From positions 5,357 through 69,356 of the forward strand of contig CACWKS010000004.1 of assembly GCA_902761535.1 (NCBI GenBank): a stretch of 64,000 nucleotides of DNA, read 5' to 3'. Made by a program: the position numbers and the translations under genes. Below the pieces are notes generated by a model. That model had not been told where the DNA came from, did no database searches, and saw only the letters and a list, made by a program, of their open reading frames with translations. Below, piece by piece: positions 19,388 to 29,187 of the stretch. The stretch is from an uncultured Pseudomonadota bacterium. Lineage in GTDB: Bacteria > Pseudomonadota > Alphaproteobacteria > RF32 > CAG-239. The stretch's first letter is position 1. The number at the start of each line of letters is the position of its first letter.

Positions 19388-20618
19388 CGCTTGGTTGTGA
19401 TATTTGATAAACCGAATTGTTTTTTACTTCAAAAAACTGTGATTTATCTTTTATGGAATTAAATAATTCCGGATTAGTCGTGGTTATCCAAGCTTGAAGA
19501 TTGAGATTAACTATTTTGGATAATAAAGCATCTCTCTTAACATCATCAAGGTGGGCAGCAACTTCATCAAGCAATAATATCGGAGCGAATCCTTTGTGCA
19601 AAGTTTGACATTTTGCTTGTGCCAACATAATGCTGACCAATAGAGATTTTTGCTCTCCGGTTGAACACATTTCCGCAGGCATGGCTTTCTTCTTGTGATA
19701 AACTTTAAAATCGGTGCGATTAATGCCATCAACCCCGTTATTTAAAACATAACGACGTTGTGATTTTAATAAATCGGCATACATTTCCTCAACTTTTACA
19801 GCAGGACTGTTATCTAATTCACGTTCAATCAACCCATCAAGTTCTAACCTGACTGTCGGAAAAACATCATCCGGTTCTTTTTCAATAAAGGTATTTAATC
19901 TGGCAGTTTGTTCACGTCTTGCTGCGGCGATAGCAACGCCAAGAGCAGACATTTCTTCTTCTAAAGAAGTTAACCAATAATTATCTAATTTTCCATCTTT
20001 TATTAAACGATACCATTCACGATATAAATGCTCGAAATTAGCAACTCGTTTGGCATGATCATTGTCAAAAGCATAAACCATACGATCCAAAAATGCTCGG
20101 CGCGGTTGGCTTCCGCCGCGAAATAATCGATCCATTTGCGGAGTTAACCAGATTAGGGAAATATATTTGCCTAAATCACTTTGAAGAGAGGTTTTATTGC
20201 CGTCAATTTTAACAATTCGACGTTCAAAAGACTGATTTTCATCCGTATCATCGACAACTCTGCCGGTTTTTTCAACTGCGGTTGCCAGAGAATGATTTTC
20301 ACCATTATTAATAATCTCTGCGGCTACTGCCCAATTAAGCGGGCTGATATAAGTTAATTCACCTAAAGGAGCAATTTGCGGAATAAAACGTTTTATATCA
20401 GAAAGTTTTACTCCTCGCAACCCGCGTCCAGGTGCAAGAAATGAAATAGCTTCCAAAATGTTAGTTTTTCCGGTGCCGTTTTCTCCATAGATAATAATCG
20501 GACAATTTTGAACATCAATTCGCAGAGAAGAATAATTTCTATAGTCAGTTAAAGTCAGGCGTTGAATACCTGACTTTAACTGTAATAATTCTTTTAAATT
20601 GCTGGTAAGAACATCCAT
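19353..20618 (-). CDS. recF: DNA replication and repair protein RecF.
   Basis: LTLTDYRNY N-terminus. Walker A GENGTGKTNILEAI. Confidence 0.88.
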   Translation of the reverse strand: MDVLTSNLKELLQLKSGIQRLTLTDYRNYSSLRIDVQNCPIIIYGENGTGKTNILEAISFLAPGRGLRGVKLSDIKRFIPQIAPLGELTYISPLNWAVAAEIINNGENHSLATAVEKTGRVVDDTDENQSFERRIVKIDGNKTSLQSDLGKYISLIWLTPQMDRLFRGGSQPRRAFLDRMVYAFDNDHAKRVANFEHLYREWYRLIKDGKLDNYWLTSLEEEMSALGVAIAAARREQTARLNTFIEKEPDDVFPTVRLELDGLIERELDNSPAVKVEEMYADLLKSQRRYVLNNGVDGINRTDFKVYHKKKAMPAEMCSTGEQKSLLVSIMLAQAKCQTLHKGFAPILLLDEVAAHLDDVKRDALLSKIVNLNLQAWITTTNPELFNSIKDKSQFFEVKNNSVYQISQPSVMPEDIRQTAF

Positions 20619-21736
20619 CAGATTCTCATTGGCATTAAAACATAAATTGCCGAAGAATCTGCGGTATCATGAATTACCGAAGGAGACGCAGCATCAGCAA
20701 AAGATATTTTTACTGTTTCACCTTTTATCTCAGCTAAAATATCCAACAAATAACGGAAATTATAACCGATTTCCAAAGCCTCATGATCATATTGAGCTTC
20801 TAAATCTTCCGAAGCACTTCCCAAATCAGGACTTGATGTAACAATGGTAACTTTGTTTTTGTTAGTTAACATTTTAATGGCACGAGTGCGTTCGGCAACA
20901 ACCGATACACGATCTACCGCAGCAGCCAAATCTTTAACTTTAAGCTCCAAAGATTTATCATTATCGGTAGGAATAACACGCTCATAATCAGGATAAGTTC
21001 CATCAATTAATTTTGATGTCAGAGTAATATCTGTGACAGAAAAACGAACTTTGTTTTCGGATATTTCAACTTTAACATTTTCTACCGAGCTGTCATCCAA
21101 TAGTTTGCGAATTTCAGTCACGGTTTTACGTGGGATAATAACGCCCTTCAGATTCTTTGCACCTTTGGGCAAAGGTGTTTCTACGCAAGCCAATCGATGT
21201 CCGTCGGTAGCGACAATTCGCAAAACTTCGGCACCGCCGTCAGATTTGGCATGAACAAACAATCCGTTGAGATAATATCTGGTTTCTTCTGTTGATACGG
21301 CAAATTGAGTGCGATCAATCACGTCTTTTAATTCATCTTTCGACATAACAAAAGAAGTCGGGAGTTTATCACCGGAAATAACCGGAAAATCTTCAACAGC
21401 GATAGTTGAAAGCGAAAATTTAGAACGTCCTGCCGAGATGGTGAGTTGTCCTTTATCATCGGGATAAATAAGCTCAACTTGTGAACCATCGGATAATTTT
21501 CGGACAATGTCATAAAGCATATGGGCCGGAGCTGTAGTTGCACCGACTTCGGTAATTTTGGCATCGGCTATTTCAGTTATTTCGGTATCCATATCAGTAG
21601 CTTTGAAACTGATACCGTCATCCAAAGCTTCTATACGAACATTGGATAATACCGGAATAGTGTTACGTTTTTCAACTATGCTTTGTACGTGACTTAATGT
21701 TTTTAATAAATTTGCTCGTTCAATTGTAAATCTCAT
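20618..21736 (-). CDS. dnaN: DNA polymerase III beta subunit (sliding clamp).
   Basis: 372 aa. MRFTIERANLLKTL N-terminus typical of DnaN. Adjacent to recF. Confidence 0.9.
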   Translation of the reverse strand: MRFTIERANLLKTLSHVQSIVEKRNTIPVLSNVRIEALDDGISFKATDMDTEITEIADAKITEVGATTAPAHMLYDIVRKLSDGSQVELIYPDDKGQLTISAGRSKFSLSTIAVEDFPVISGDKLPTSFVMSKDELKDVIDRTQFAVSTEETRYYLNGLFVHAKSDGGAEVLRIVATDGHRLACVETPLPKGAKNLKGVIIPRKTVTEIRKLLDDSSVENVKVEISENKVRFSVTDITLTSKLIDGTYPDYERVIPTDNDKSLELKVKDLAAAVDRVSVVAERTRAIKMLTNKNKVTIVTSSPDLGSASEDLEAQYDHEALEIGYNFRYLLDILAEIKGETVKISFADAASPSVIHDTADSSAIYVLMPMRI

Positions 21737-22083
21737 GTTTTTGCACCAATATTAAAGTTAATTTTTTTATAGGATAACATTGTTTTTGTCTTTGGTTAAA
21801 CAGAAAGGGCAATTTTCAACAAGTTTTTTATTAAATTATTCGAAAAACACCTTAACCGTAGCTTTGGCTTCTTCAACGAAATTAGTTCAGCATCCCGATA
21901 TCGGATACATGGCTCCGATTGTTACAACCGATTTTTGATTGGTATTTTACTCTGGTAGATTATCTTCGTAAGCTGTCAATTCTAAAATTATTAGTAAAGT
22001 AACTAATTTTTCATATTTTTACTCTTTTTATACTTTTAAATATAGCTGATATTGTCCGTAATACATCACATACAAAGATATTT

Positions 22084-22764
22084 TTATTCCACACTCTCAA
22101 TCAAACGTTCCAAACTATCACGTTCAGTTTCTTTATAGCCTTGGTTGTTATTTTTCGGTTCAGCGTTTTTTTTAACTTGAGGTTGCGCCAATTTCTCAAA
22201 TAATTCTACCGAATCCTTAGCTTTTTGCTGTTCTTTTTCTTCCGGTGATAGTTGTTGGGCTTTGGATTTGATAATATCAAGAGTTTCTGAAGGAATCATT
22301 TCTTCAACCGGTTTGGCAAATTTACCAGCCAATTGAAAATATTTTGATTTGGTCAAAATCTCTGATTGTTTATCAGAAGGAATCGTCCAATTTACTAAAA
22401 TGTTAAATAATATAACCAACAGGAAAGCTCTCATAATACCGAAAAACAGGCCTAATGTTCTATCTAAACCACTTAATTTACTGGAACGAACCTTAGAAGT
22501 TATGTGTGAAGTGGAATAAATCCAAATAATCCAAAAGATTGTAAAGATAATTAGTGCAGTTAAAATTCCGGCGAGAATACCGCTGTCAATAAACTTTTGA
22601 GCAAAAGGTAATAATAATGGTAGTAACCAGACTATCAAAACCGTAACTAATACCCAACCAATGATTGATAAGACTTCTTTAATCAGCCCTCGTGATAAAG
22701 CTATAATTCCGGAAATTAAAACTACTGCCAAAATTATGATATCTAAATTATTAAGGTTATACAT
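22084..22764 (-). CDS. cvpA: CvpA family membrane protein (colicin V production).
   Basis: Four N-terminal TM helices. CvpA-like signature. Confidence 0.7.
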   Translation of the reverse strand: MYNLNNLDIIILAVVLISGIIALSRGLIKEVLSIIGWVLVTVLIVWLLPLLLPFAQKFIDSGILAGILTALIIFTIFWIIWIYSTSHITSKVRSSKLSGLDRTLGLFFGIMRAFLLVILFNILVNWTIPSDKQSEILTKSKYFQLAGKFAKPVEEMIPSETLDIIKSKAQQLSPEEKEQQKAKDSVELFEKLAQPQVKKNAEPKNNNQGYKETERDSLERLIESVE

Positions 22765-22777
22765 TATTCAGTTTCCA

Positions 22778-24151
22778 TCAATTAAACAAATTAATAAGAC
22801 GTTGAACGTTGCCGATTTGATGAAGATTAATATCTTCGCTCAATTTTTTTTCGGTGGAACGGCTCGGAGGAGTTATAGCACTGGCAAAACCCAGTTTTTT
22901 AGCCTCTTTTAGACGTAGTGACGGTTGAGATACGGCGCGAATTTCACCGGAAAGCCCTATTTCACCGAAAACGACCATATCTGCAGGCAAAGGTTTGTTG
23001 CTTAAAGAAGATATTACTGCCAAGGCAACCGCTAAATCTGCAGCAGGTTCGGTTATTCGTAAACCACCGGCAATGTTGAGATAAACATCTTGAGAGCTTA
23101 GATTTATGCCGCAACGGGCTTCCAATACAGCTAACACCATTGCTAAACGATTAGAATCCCAGCCTACTACTGCACGCTTGGGACTGGAATATCCGCTTTG
23201 ACTAACCAGAGCCTGGATTTCTACCAAAACAGGTCTAGATCCTTCTATACCGGCAAAGACACATGATCCGGATACATTACCTTGTCTTTCGGCCAAAAAT
23301 AATGCTGATGGGTTAGCAACTTCGACCAACCCTTTATCTTGCATTTCAAAAACGCCTATTTCATCTGTGGCACCGTAACGATTTTTTACCGAACGCAAAA
23401 TGCGAAAATGATGACCTCGTTCACCTTCAAAATATAAAACCGTGTCAACCATATGTTCTAACACTCGCGGACCGGCAATTTCGCCCTGTTTTGTAACATG
23501 ACCGACTAAAAATAAGGTAAAACCTTTTTTCTTAGCTAATTTTATTAATTCATAACTGCAAGCTCTTACTTGGGTAACACTTCCGGGGGTAGAATCGACA
23601 TCGCTTAAATACATGGTTTGGATGGAATCGATAACTACCACCGCAGCAGAAGAATTTTTCAATGAAGTGATAATATCTTTGATTTCGGTTGACGAAGCTA
23701 AATTGACCGGAGATTTTTCCAAACCCAATCTTTTAGCACGGATACGAACCTGGTCGATAGCCTCTTCACCGGATATGTAATAAACTTCCGGTTTATCTTG
23801 AGAATCGGCTACGGAAGCACAAACTTGCAATAATAAAGTTGACTTGCCGATACCGGGATCACCACCTACTAAAATAACAGATCCGGCAACCAGCCCTCCT
23901 CCGCAAACCCGGTCTAATTCGGCAATGCCGGTTGATAGTCGATCAATTTGTTCCTTGGCTCCGCTTAAAGCGACAAAATCCAATTCTTTACCGGAAGAAT
24001 GTTTAGTATTTATATTACTAAATCCGTCAGCAGCTATAATTTCTTCCTGAATGGTGTTCCATTCGCCACAAGCATCACATTTACCCTGCCATTTAGGATA
24101 AACAGTGCCGCAATTTTGACAAACATATTGTTTAATATCTTTTTTTGTCAA
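22778..24151 (-). CDS. radA: DNA repair protein RadA (Sms).
   Basis: CxxC-x-CxxC zinc finger. RecA-like Walker A GDPGIGKST. KNRYG motif. Lon-like C-terminus. Confidence 0.92.
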   Translation of the reverse strand: MTKKDIKQYVCQNCGTVYPKWQGKCDACGEWNTIQEEIIAADGFSNINTKHSSGKELDFVALSGAKEQIDRLSTGIAELDRVCGGGLVAGSVILVGGDPGIGKSTLLLQVCASVADSQDKPEVYYISGEEAIDQVRIRAKRLGLEKSPVNLASSTEIKDIITSLKNSSAAVVVIDSIQTMYLSDVDSTPGSVTQVRACSYELIKLAKKKGFTLFLVGHVTKQGEIAGPRVLEHMVDTVLYFEGERGHHFRILRSVKNRYGATDEIGVFEMQDKGLVEVANPSALFLAERQGNVSGSCVFAGIEGSRPVLVEIQALVSQSGYSSPKRAVVGWDSNRLAMVLAVLEARCGINLSSQDVYLNIAGGLRITEPAADLAVALAVISSLSNKPLPADMVVFGEIGLSGEIRAVSQPSLRLKEAKKLGFASAITPPSRSTEKKLSEDINLHQIGNVQRLINLFN

Positions 24152-24153
24152 GA

Positions 24154-24918
24154 TTAAACTCCGGTTTTAATTGGTCCTTGCGAATTACCATTAATAAACT
24201 GGACAACATACGGATTATCGGTTTCATCCATTTCCTTAACCGTGCCTTGCCAAATAATCTCTCCTTTATATAACATGGCTATACGATCGGCAATTTTACG
24301 AGCAGAAGCCATGTCATGAGTAATAGTCAATGCTGTTGCCCCTAAACCTTTCACAGATTCAATAATTAAATCATTAATTACATCAGCCATTATCGGATCA
24401 AGTCCGGTAGTCGGTTCATCAAAAAATATTATTTCAGGTTTGGATATAATGGCACGGGCAAGCCCTACCCTCTTCTGCATACCACCGGATAATTCCGCCG
24501 GAGATAAATCTGCAACTTCAGGATCCAAACCAACCGAACGCAATACTCTTACTGCTTCAGATTTGGCATCTTTATTATTATAGCCTTTATTTTCGAGCAA
24601 ATCAAAAGCAACATTTTCCCAAACTTTTAAACTGTCAAAAAGAGCTCCGCCTTGAAACAGCATACCCATTTTAGAGTGCAATTCTTCTTTACCTTTTTCA
24701 CTGATACCGACGACCTCTTGATTATCAACTAAAATTGATCCTTCTTCAGGAGTTAACAAACCTTGAATACATTTTATCAATACTGATTTTCCGGTGCCTG
24801 AACCACCTATAACCACTAAAGATTCGCCTTTGTAAATATCTAAATTGACTCCGCGTAATACGGATTTCTTACCAAAAGTTTTGCAAACATTGTTTAATTT
24901 TATTTTTACTTCTTTCAT
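24154..24918 (-). CDS. mlaF: ABC transporter ATP-binding protein, MlaF-like.
   Basis: Walker A GGSGTGKS, LSGGMQKRVGLARA, and Walker B. Confidence 0.8.
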   Translation of the reverse strand: MKEVKIKLNNVCKTFGKKSVLRGVNLDIYKGESLVVIGGSGTGKSVLIKCIQGLLTPEEGSILVDNQEVVGISEKGKEELHSKMGMLFQGGALFDSLKVWENVAFDLLENKGYNNKDAKSEAVRVLRSVGLDPEVADLSPAELSGGMQKRVGLARAIISKPEIIFFDEPTTGLDPIMADVINDLIIESVKGLGATALTITHDMASARKIADRIAMLYKGEIIWQGTVKEMDETDNPYVVQFINGNSQGPIKTGV

Positions 24919-24930
24919 GAGTAAATCCTC

Positions 24931-25734
24931 TTATCTCGAAAAGAATAATTCGGTGACAATATAATTGAAAATCAAAATCAAAATAGATGAAGAAACAACG
25001 GCATTAGTAGTAGCCGTTCCAACACCTTGTGCGCCACCACGAGATTTGTATCCGTTATAGCAACCCATTAGAGAGATAATGAAGCCAAATACGGCTGCTT
25101 TTACTACACCTGTGGTAATATCAAGAGCTTGCAGATAATTTAATGTGGCATTAATATAATTGGCAGGATTAAAACCTAATTTATAAACTCCGACAACATA
25201 ACCACCAAAAATACCTATAACATCTCCCATCATAACCAATAAAGGCATTACTATTAAACCTGCCCAAATGCGCGGAGCTACCAAATATTTAAATGGATTA
25301 GTGGAAAGAGTGGTTAAAGCATCAATTTGTTCGGTTACACGCATTGTTCCTATTTCAGCAGCCATAGCTGCTCCGATACGTCCGGCAACCATTAATGCTG
25401 ATAAAACCGGAGCTAATTCCCTGGTAACCGAAATAAGCACAACGTTAGCGACCATTCCTTCAGCACCGACGGATGCAAAACCGGAATAGCTTTGTAAAGC
25501 TATTACCATACCGGCAAAAATAGTAGTTAATCCGACGACTGGAACCGAATAAAATCCCATATCAACAATTTGTTGCAACAGATTTCGCCAATAAATTGGA
25601 AAAGTCAGACAATTATATATGGTATGAGCAATAAAAGTAAATAATTCTCCTACCTTAAAAATAAACTTTGTTAAAGGAACACCTTGTCGACGCAAAAATT
25701 TTTCGACTTTTCGAATTAGTAACATTTTAATCAC
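24931..25734 (-). CDS. mlaE: ABC transporter permease, MlaE/YrbE family.
   Basis: Polytopic protein. MlaE-like conserved region. Confidence 0.75.
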   Translation of the reverse strand: MIKMLLIRKVEKFLRRQGVPLTKFIFKVGELFTFIAHTIYNCLTFPIYWRNLLQQIVDMGFYSVPVVGLTTIFAGMVIALQSYSGFASVGAEGMVANVVLISVTRELAPVLSALMVAGRIGAAMAAEIGTMRVTEQIDALTTLSTNPFKYLVAPRIWAGLIVMPLLVMMGDVIGIFGGYVVGVYKLGFNPANYINATLNYLQALDITTGVVKAAVFGFIISLMGCYNGYKSRGGAQGVGTATTNAVVSSSILILIFNYIVTELFFSR

Positions 25735-25805
25735 CTAATTTTATAGTTTTTTATATGTGCATATTACTTTAATGATATTAAAAATCAACAGCCATTTTTA
25801 AATCA

Positions 25806-26219
25806 TCACAGCAATCTTAAAGCTGCCATAACCTTAAACGGAGCAGAAATTTCTCCGGAATTTAATCGTATAAGCGGAATTTTGATGTTTTCAATATTGT
25901 AAAACCCCTTGTCAGGTAATCGCTCTGGAATTTCATCAGATAAAAATACTACTAAATCTATAGTTGCTTCTTTGATATACGGATATTTAACTATACCAAT
26001 ACCCCTTACCTCTAACAATCCATGAATATTTTTAGGACAAGATGCTATAATTTGGTTATTTTTTATTGATAAATCAACGCGATCATCAGCAACTAATTTT
26101 GCATTACACTGTTCTATGAGTCTTAGCGTCAGATCAGACTTTCCAGAACCGGAATCCCCTAACAACAATATACCTTTGTTTTTAACGGTTACACAAGAAG
26201 CATGTATGTTAAAGGTCAT
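25806..26219 (-). CDS. hprK: HPr kinase/phosphorylase, alphaproteobacterial short form (C-terminal kinase domain only).
   Basis: P-loop GDSGSGKSD, LVADDRV, and LLEVRGIGI motifs. Confidence 0.8.
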   Translation of the reverse strand: MTFNIHASCVTVKNKGILLLGDSGSGKSDLTLRLIEQCNAKLVADDRVDLSIKNNQIIASCPKNIHGLLEVRGIGIVKYPYIKEATIDLVVFLSDEIPERLPDKGFYNIENIKIPLIRLNSGEISAPFKVMAALRLL

Positions 26220-26670
26220 GGATTTGCTCCAAACGCTTGGCTTTTTCAGCGGAATTGACTGAAATGTTAAAAATTCTTTGATTACCTAGCATCGATATAT
26301 CTATTCGAAATATATCTTTCGGTAAAAAATTGCCGGCTCTTTCCGGCCATTCTATCAGACATATACCTTGATAGACAGCTTCTTCAAAACCAAGTTCAAA
26401 TATTTCTTGAGGTGATTTGAGTCTATACAGATCAAAATGATATATTTCAATTTCCCGATAAGGATAGCTTTGTACAAGTGTAAAAGTGGGACTTGGCACT
26501 TCTTTTGCTACAGTTAATTTTTTGATAAATGCTCGCGAAAAAACACTCTTGCCCACACCAAGAGTTCCAAAAAGTGCAAAAACATCCCCTTTTTTAGCAA
26601 TTGAAGCAAATTGTTCTGCCAAAAAATTTGTTTTTTCTTCACTATCGGTAATAAATTCTTTATTAACCAA
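26209..26670 (-). CDS. tsaE: tRNA t6A biosynthesis ATPase TsaE (YjeE).
   Basis: P-loop GTLGVGKS. About 150 aa. Confidence 0.8.
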   Translation of the reverse strand: MVNKEFITDSEEKTNFLAEQFASIAKKGDVFALFGTLGVGKSVFSRAFIKKLTVAKEVPSPTFTLVQSYPYREIEIYHFDLYRLKSPQEIFELGFEEAVYQGICLIEWPERAGNFLPKDIFRIDISMLGNQRIFNISVNSAEKAKRLEQIHDL

Positions 26671-26672
26671 TT

Positions 26673-27632
26673 TTATCTCCCAAAAAATAATGTATGAATG
26701 CGATTTACAGGTTTTTTCTTATGAATGATTTTTATATTAGCTTTGCGGTTCTGAACCTTACGCCAATCCCAAGGCATATAAAATTTACCATCCCAAAGTC
26801 CTCTTCTATTAACAGACGCTTGTTCCTGATAAGCTAGATAGATTTGAGTATCTTGCGGATTTGCAACAGCCCAGCCGGCATTGACTATAGCAGCACCTAT
26901 ATCATATTCACCTATTAAGCAAACACCGGTTAAAGTCCCATGTCCGTCATCTTTTATTATATGACACTTTATTTCATTATCAGCAAGCCATTCACTGAGC
27001 CATTTTGCCGATTGCTGTCCGCAACGGTAGCCTCGTCCGTCTCTTGCTGCACAATTTTGCTTTATATCCGGAGCGGCTATTCCATACAGTTTTATTATGT
27101 GGTCACCCATAACCAAAGTATCTCCGCTCAAAACTCTGGCCAGCCCAAAAACTGCAGGATATTTCAACGGGTTAAAAACCGTTTTTTGATGTTTTTTCTT
27201 AGATAAAAATTTATCTGTAATTTTACCATCAAAAATTTTATGTTTATCTTCATCGATAAGGTTCAATACTTCTTTTTGATCAGCTTTGTCTGTCACGGAA
27301 AGGTCTTGTTGTTCATCAAGTTCTTCAGAGGTTTGAATATCTTGTCCATAAAATTCTTTGATGTTTTCGGTTATATTACCAAATCCTCCCGAAAAAGCAC
27401 CAATAGCATACAAGATAAACAAAGATAAAGCTATAATAACCAAAATAGCCGGCAAGCATCCCATAGCACGCCAAGCCATTTTGACAAACATATAAAGAAC
27501 AAAAAGACCTATTATAAGACCTATGAGAGCACCTATTTTCAAAATTATGCCCCCGCTAACCAATCCGGCTCCGCCAAAAAATATCAAAAATATTGCGGTA
27601 GAGCTGACAATGATTTTTTTTAAAAATCCCAT
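26673..27632 (-). CDS. Membrane-anchored thermonuclease (SNase-like) family protein.
   Basis: Three N-terminal TM helices. C-terminal SNase motifs: VLSGDTL, KLYGIAAP, GYRCGQ, GLWDG, PWDWR. Confidence 0.75.
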   Translation of the reverse strand: MGFLKKIIVSSTAIFLIFFGGAGLVSGGIILKIGALIGLIIGLFVLYMFVKMAWRAMGCLPAILVIIALSLFILYAIGAFSGGFGNITENIKEFYGQDIQTSEELDEQQDLSVTDKADQKEVLNLIDEDKHKIFDGKITDKFLSKKKHQKTVFNPLKYPAVFGLARVLSGDTLVMGDHIIKLYGIAAPDIKQNCAARDGRGYRCGQQSAKWLSEWLADNEIKCHIIKDDGHGTLTGVCLIGEYDIGAAIVNAGWAVANPQDTQIYLAYQEQASVNRRGLWDGKFYMPWDWRKVQNRKANIKIIHKKKPVNRIHTLFFGR

Positions 27633-27871
27633 AAATTGTTTCCTTGCTTAAAGCTTAAAAAATTCATACGCACAAGTGTAAGCCTTTTAGGTAAAAATAT
27701 TATTAACAAAAAAGGATCGAATGCGACTAAACATCTGAAGCCAATATGATATAAAATATTTGTCCTAATATTTTATTCTCAAGCTTTGAGGCTGATTTTA
27801 ACTTCAAAAAATATCAACTTTTAACTTTTTTATTCGCTATTTTTCTATTTTTTTCAAAATATTTCGACTTT

Positions 27872-27904
27872 TAAGCCCGACAACTTCGGTTATCGGGCTT
27901 TTTA
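27872..27904 (+). terminator. Orphan plus-strand intrinsic terminator in a region where all genes are on the minus strand.
   Basis: aagcccga-caacttcggtta-tcgggctt followed by ttttt. Confidence 0.4.
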
Positions 27905-27949
27905 TGTGCAATTTATTTGTTTTGCTGTAAAGTTGCTATTTTAATAAGG

Positions 27950-28186
27950 TTAAGCTATTTCTTTTTTGCGATAACAATGGCAGTGACATTCGCCTTTTTC
28001 TTCAATATCTTTGCGACATTGCTCCGATATACAGTAACGATTCGGATTTTGCCCATCACACGGACATCTTCTCCATTCCTCTTCGCCAAACATCATTTTT
28101 TTGGCATTTGCTATTTTTTGAACATTATCGGTTGTAGTATAACCAGCTTTTGCGCAATTCTCCAACATTTTCTCTAAAATTGACAT
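27950..28186 (-). CDS. Small Cys-rich protein resembling the ferredoxin-thioredoxin reductase catalytic subunit.
   Basis: CPC...C...C...ECHCHC spacing matches the FTR-C CPC/CHC motifs. Confidence 0.5.
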   Translation of the reverse strand: MSILEKMLENCAKAGYTTTDNVQKIANAKKMMFGEEEWRRCPCDGQNPNRYCISEQCRKDIEEKGECHCHCYRKKEIA

Positions 28187-28197
28187 ATGTTTCTCCT

Positions 28198-29187
28198 TTA
28201 TTCTACAAATTTAATAGAAAATTTTTCATTATTTGAAAAATTATTTTGATTATTGCTTTCAATATTACTTGGTGACGAAATATTGAGAGATTTACGATTA
28301 TCAAGAATATTAACAATCATATCTAATTCAGCCAAAGATGCATACTGCATTACAACTTTACCTCCTCCCTTAGAATTAGGTGATATTTTAATTCTCAAAC
28401 CCAATTTGTTTTTCAGAGCATCTTCCATAGCAATTATATCATTGTCTTTGGAAGATGTTTTCTTTACTGATGGTTCAACGTCGGTTTTATTATCTTTTTG
28501 TTTGGCTACAAGTGATTCTACTTGTCGAACATTAAGATCTTCTTTGATTATTTTATCGGCTAAATTTAAGGCATTGTCAAGACCTACCAAGCAACGTGCA
28601 TGTCCGGCAGAAATTTTTCCTTCGGAAATATAATTTTTTACTTTATCAGGTAAAGTCAACAAACGTAATGTGTTTGCTATATAACTGCGTGATTTTCCAA
28701 CTATATCAGCAATTTTTTCCTGAGTATGTGCAAAAGATTCTATCAATTTTTGGTAGGCGTTGGCCTCTTCTATCGGAGAAAGATTTTCACGCAACAGATT
28801 TTCAACCAAAGCTATTTCTAAAACCTCTTTATCGTCTAACTCCTTGATAATTATAGGTATTTCTGTTAATCCTGCCTCTTTTGCTGCTCGCAAACGACGT
28901 TCTCCGGCTATTAATTCATATCCATCATTTTTATCTTTTCTGACTATTAATGGTTGTAATATACCCTTTTCCCTTATTGATGCAGCCAATGCTTTAATGG
29001 ATTCTTCATCAAAATCTTTACGCGGTTGAAGCGGACTAACGTGGACTAAATTTATATTTATGTTATTGCTATCACTTTTTACAACAGATAATTCGTCTTC
29101 CAGTATATTTTCATTCATTTCGCCGAGCAAAGCTTCAAGTCCTCGACCTAAACTTTTTTTCTTTGTTTCTTTGTTTTCTTCTAACAT
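28198..29187 (-). CDS. parB: Chromosome partitioning protein ParB. The ORF extends to 29256; the likely start is MLEENKET at 29187.
   Basis: GRGLEALL box. ParB HTH and dimerisation regions. Confidence 0.9.
   Translation of the reverse strand: MLEENKETKKKSLGRGLEALLGEMNENILEDELSVVKSDSNNININLVHVSPLQPRKDFDEESIKALAASIREKGILQPLIVRKDKNDGYELIAGERRLRAAKEAGLTEIPIIIKELDDKEVLEIALVENLLRENLSPIEEANAYQKLIESFAHTQEKIADIVGKSRSYIANTLRLLTLPDKVKNYISEGKISAGHARCLVGLDNALNLADKIIKEDLNVRQVESLVAKQKDNKTDVEPSVKKTSSKDNDIIAMEDALKNKLGLRIKISPNSKGGGKVVMQYASLAELDMIVNILDNRKSLNISSPSNIESNNQNNFSNNEKFSIKFVE

Noticed and set aside
21737-22083. DnaA-box-containing origin, or an sRNA, between dnaN and cvpA.
   Set aside because: I found only a 10-bp palindrome (CCGATATCGG) and a weak similarity to the repeat family. 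There is no convincing DnaA box and no terminator-delimited transcript unit. It is kept only as a possible third degenerate repeat copy.
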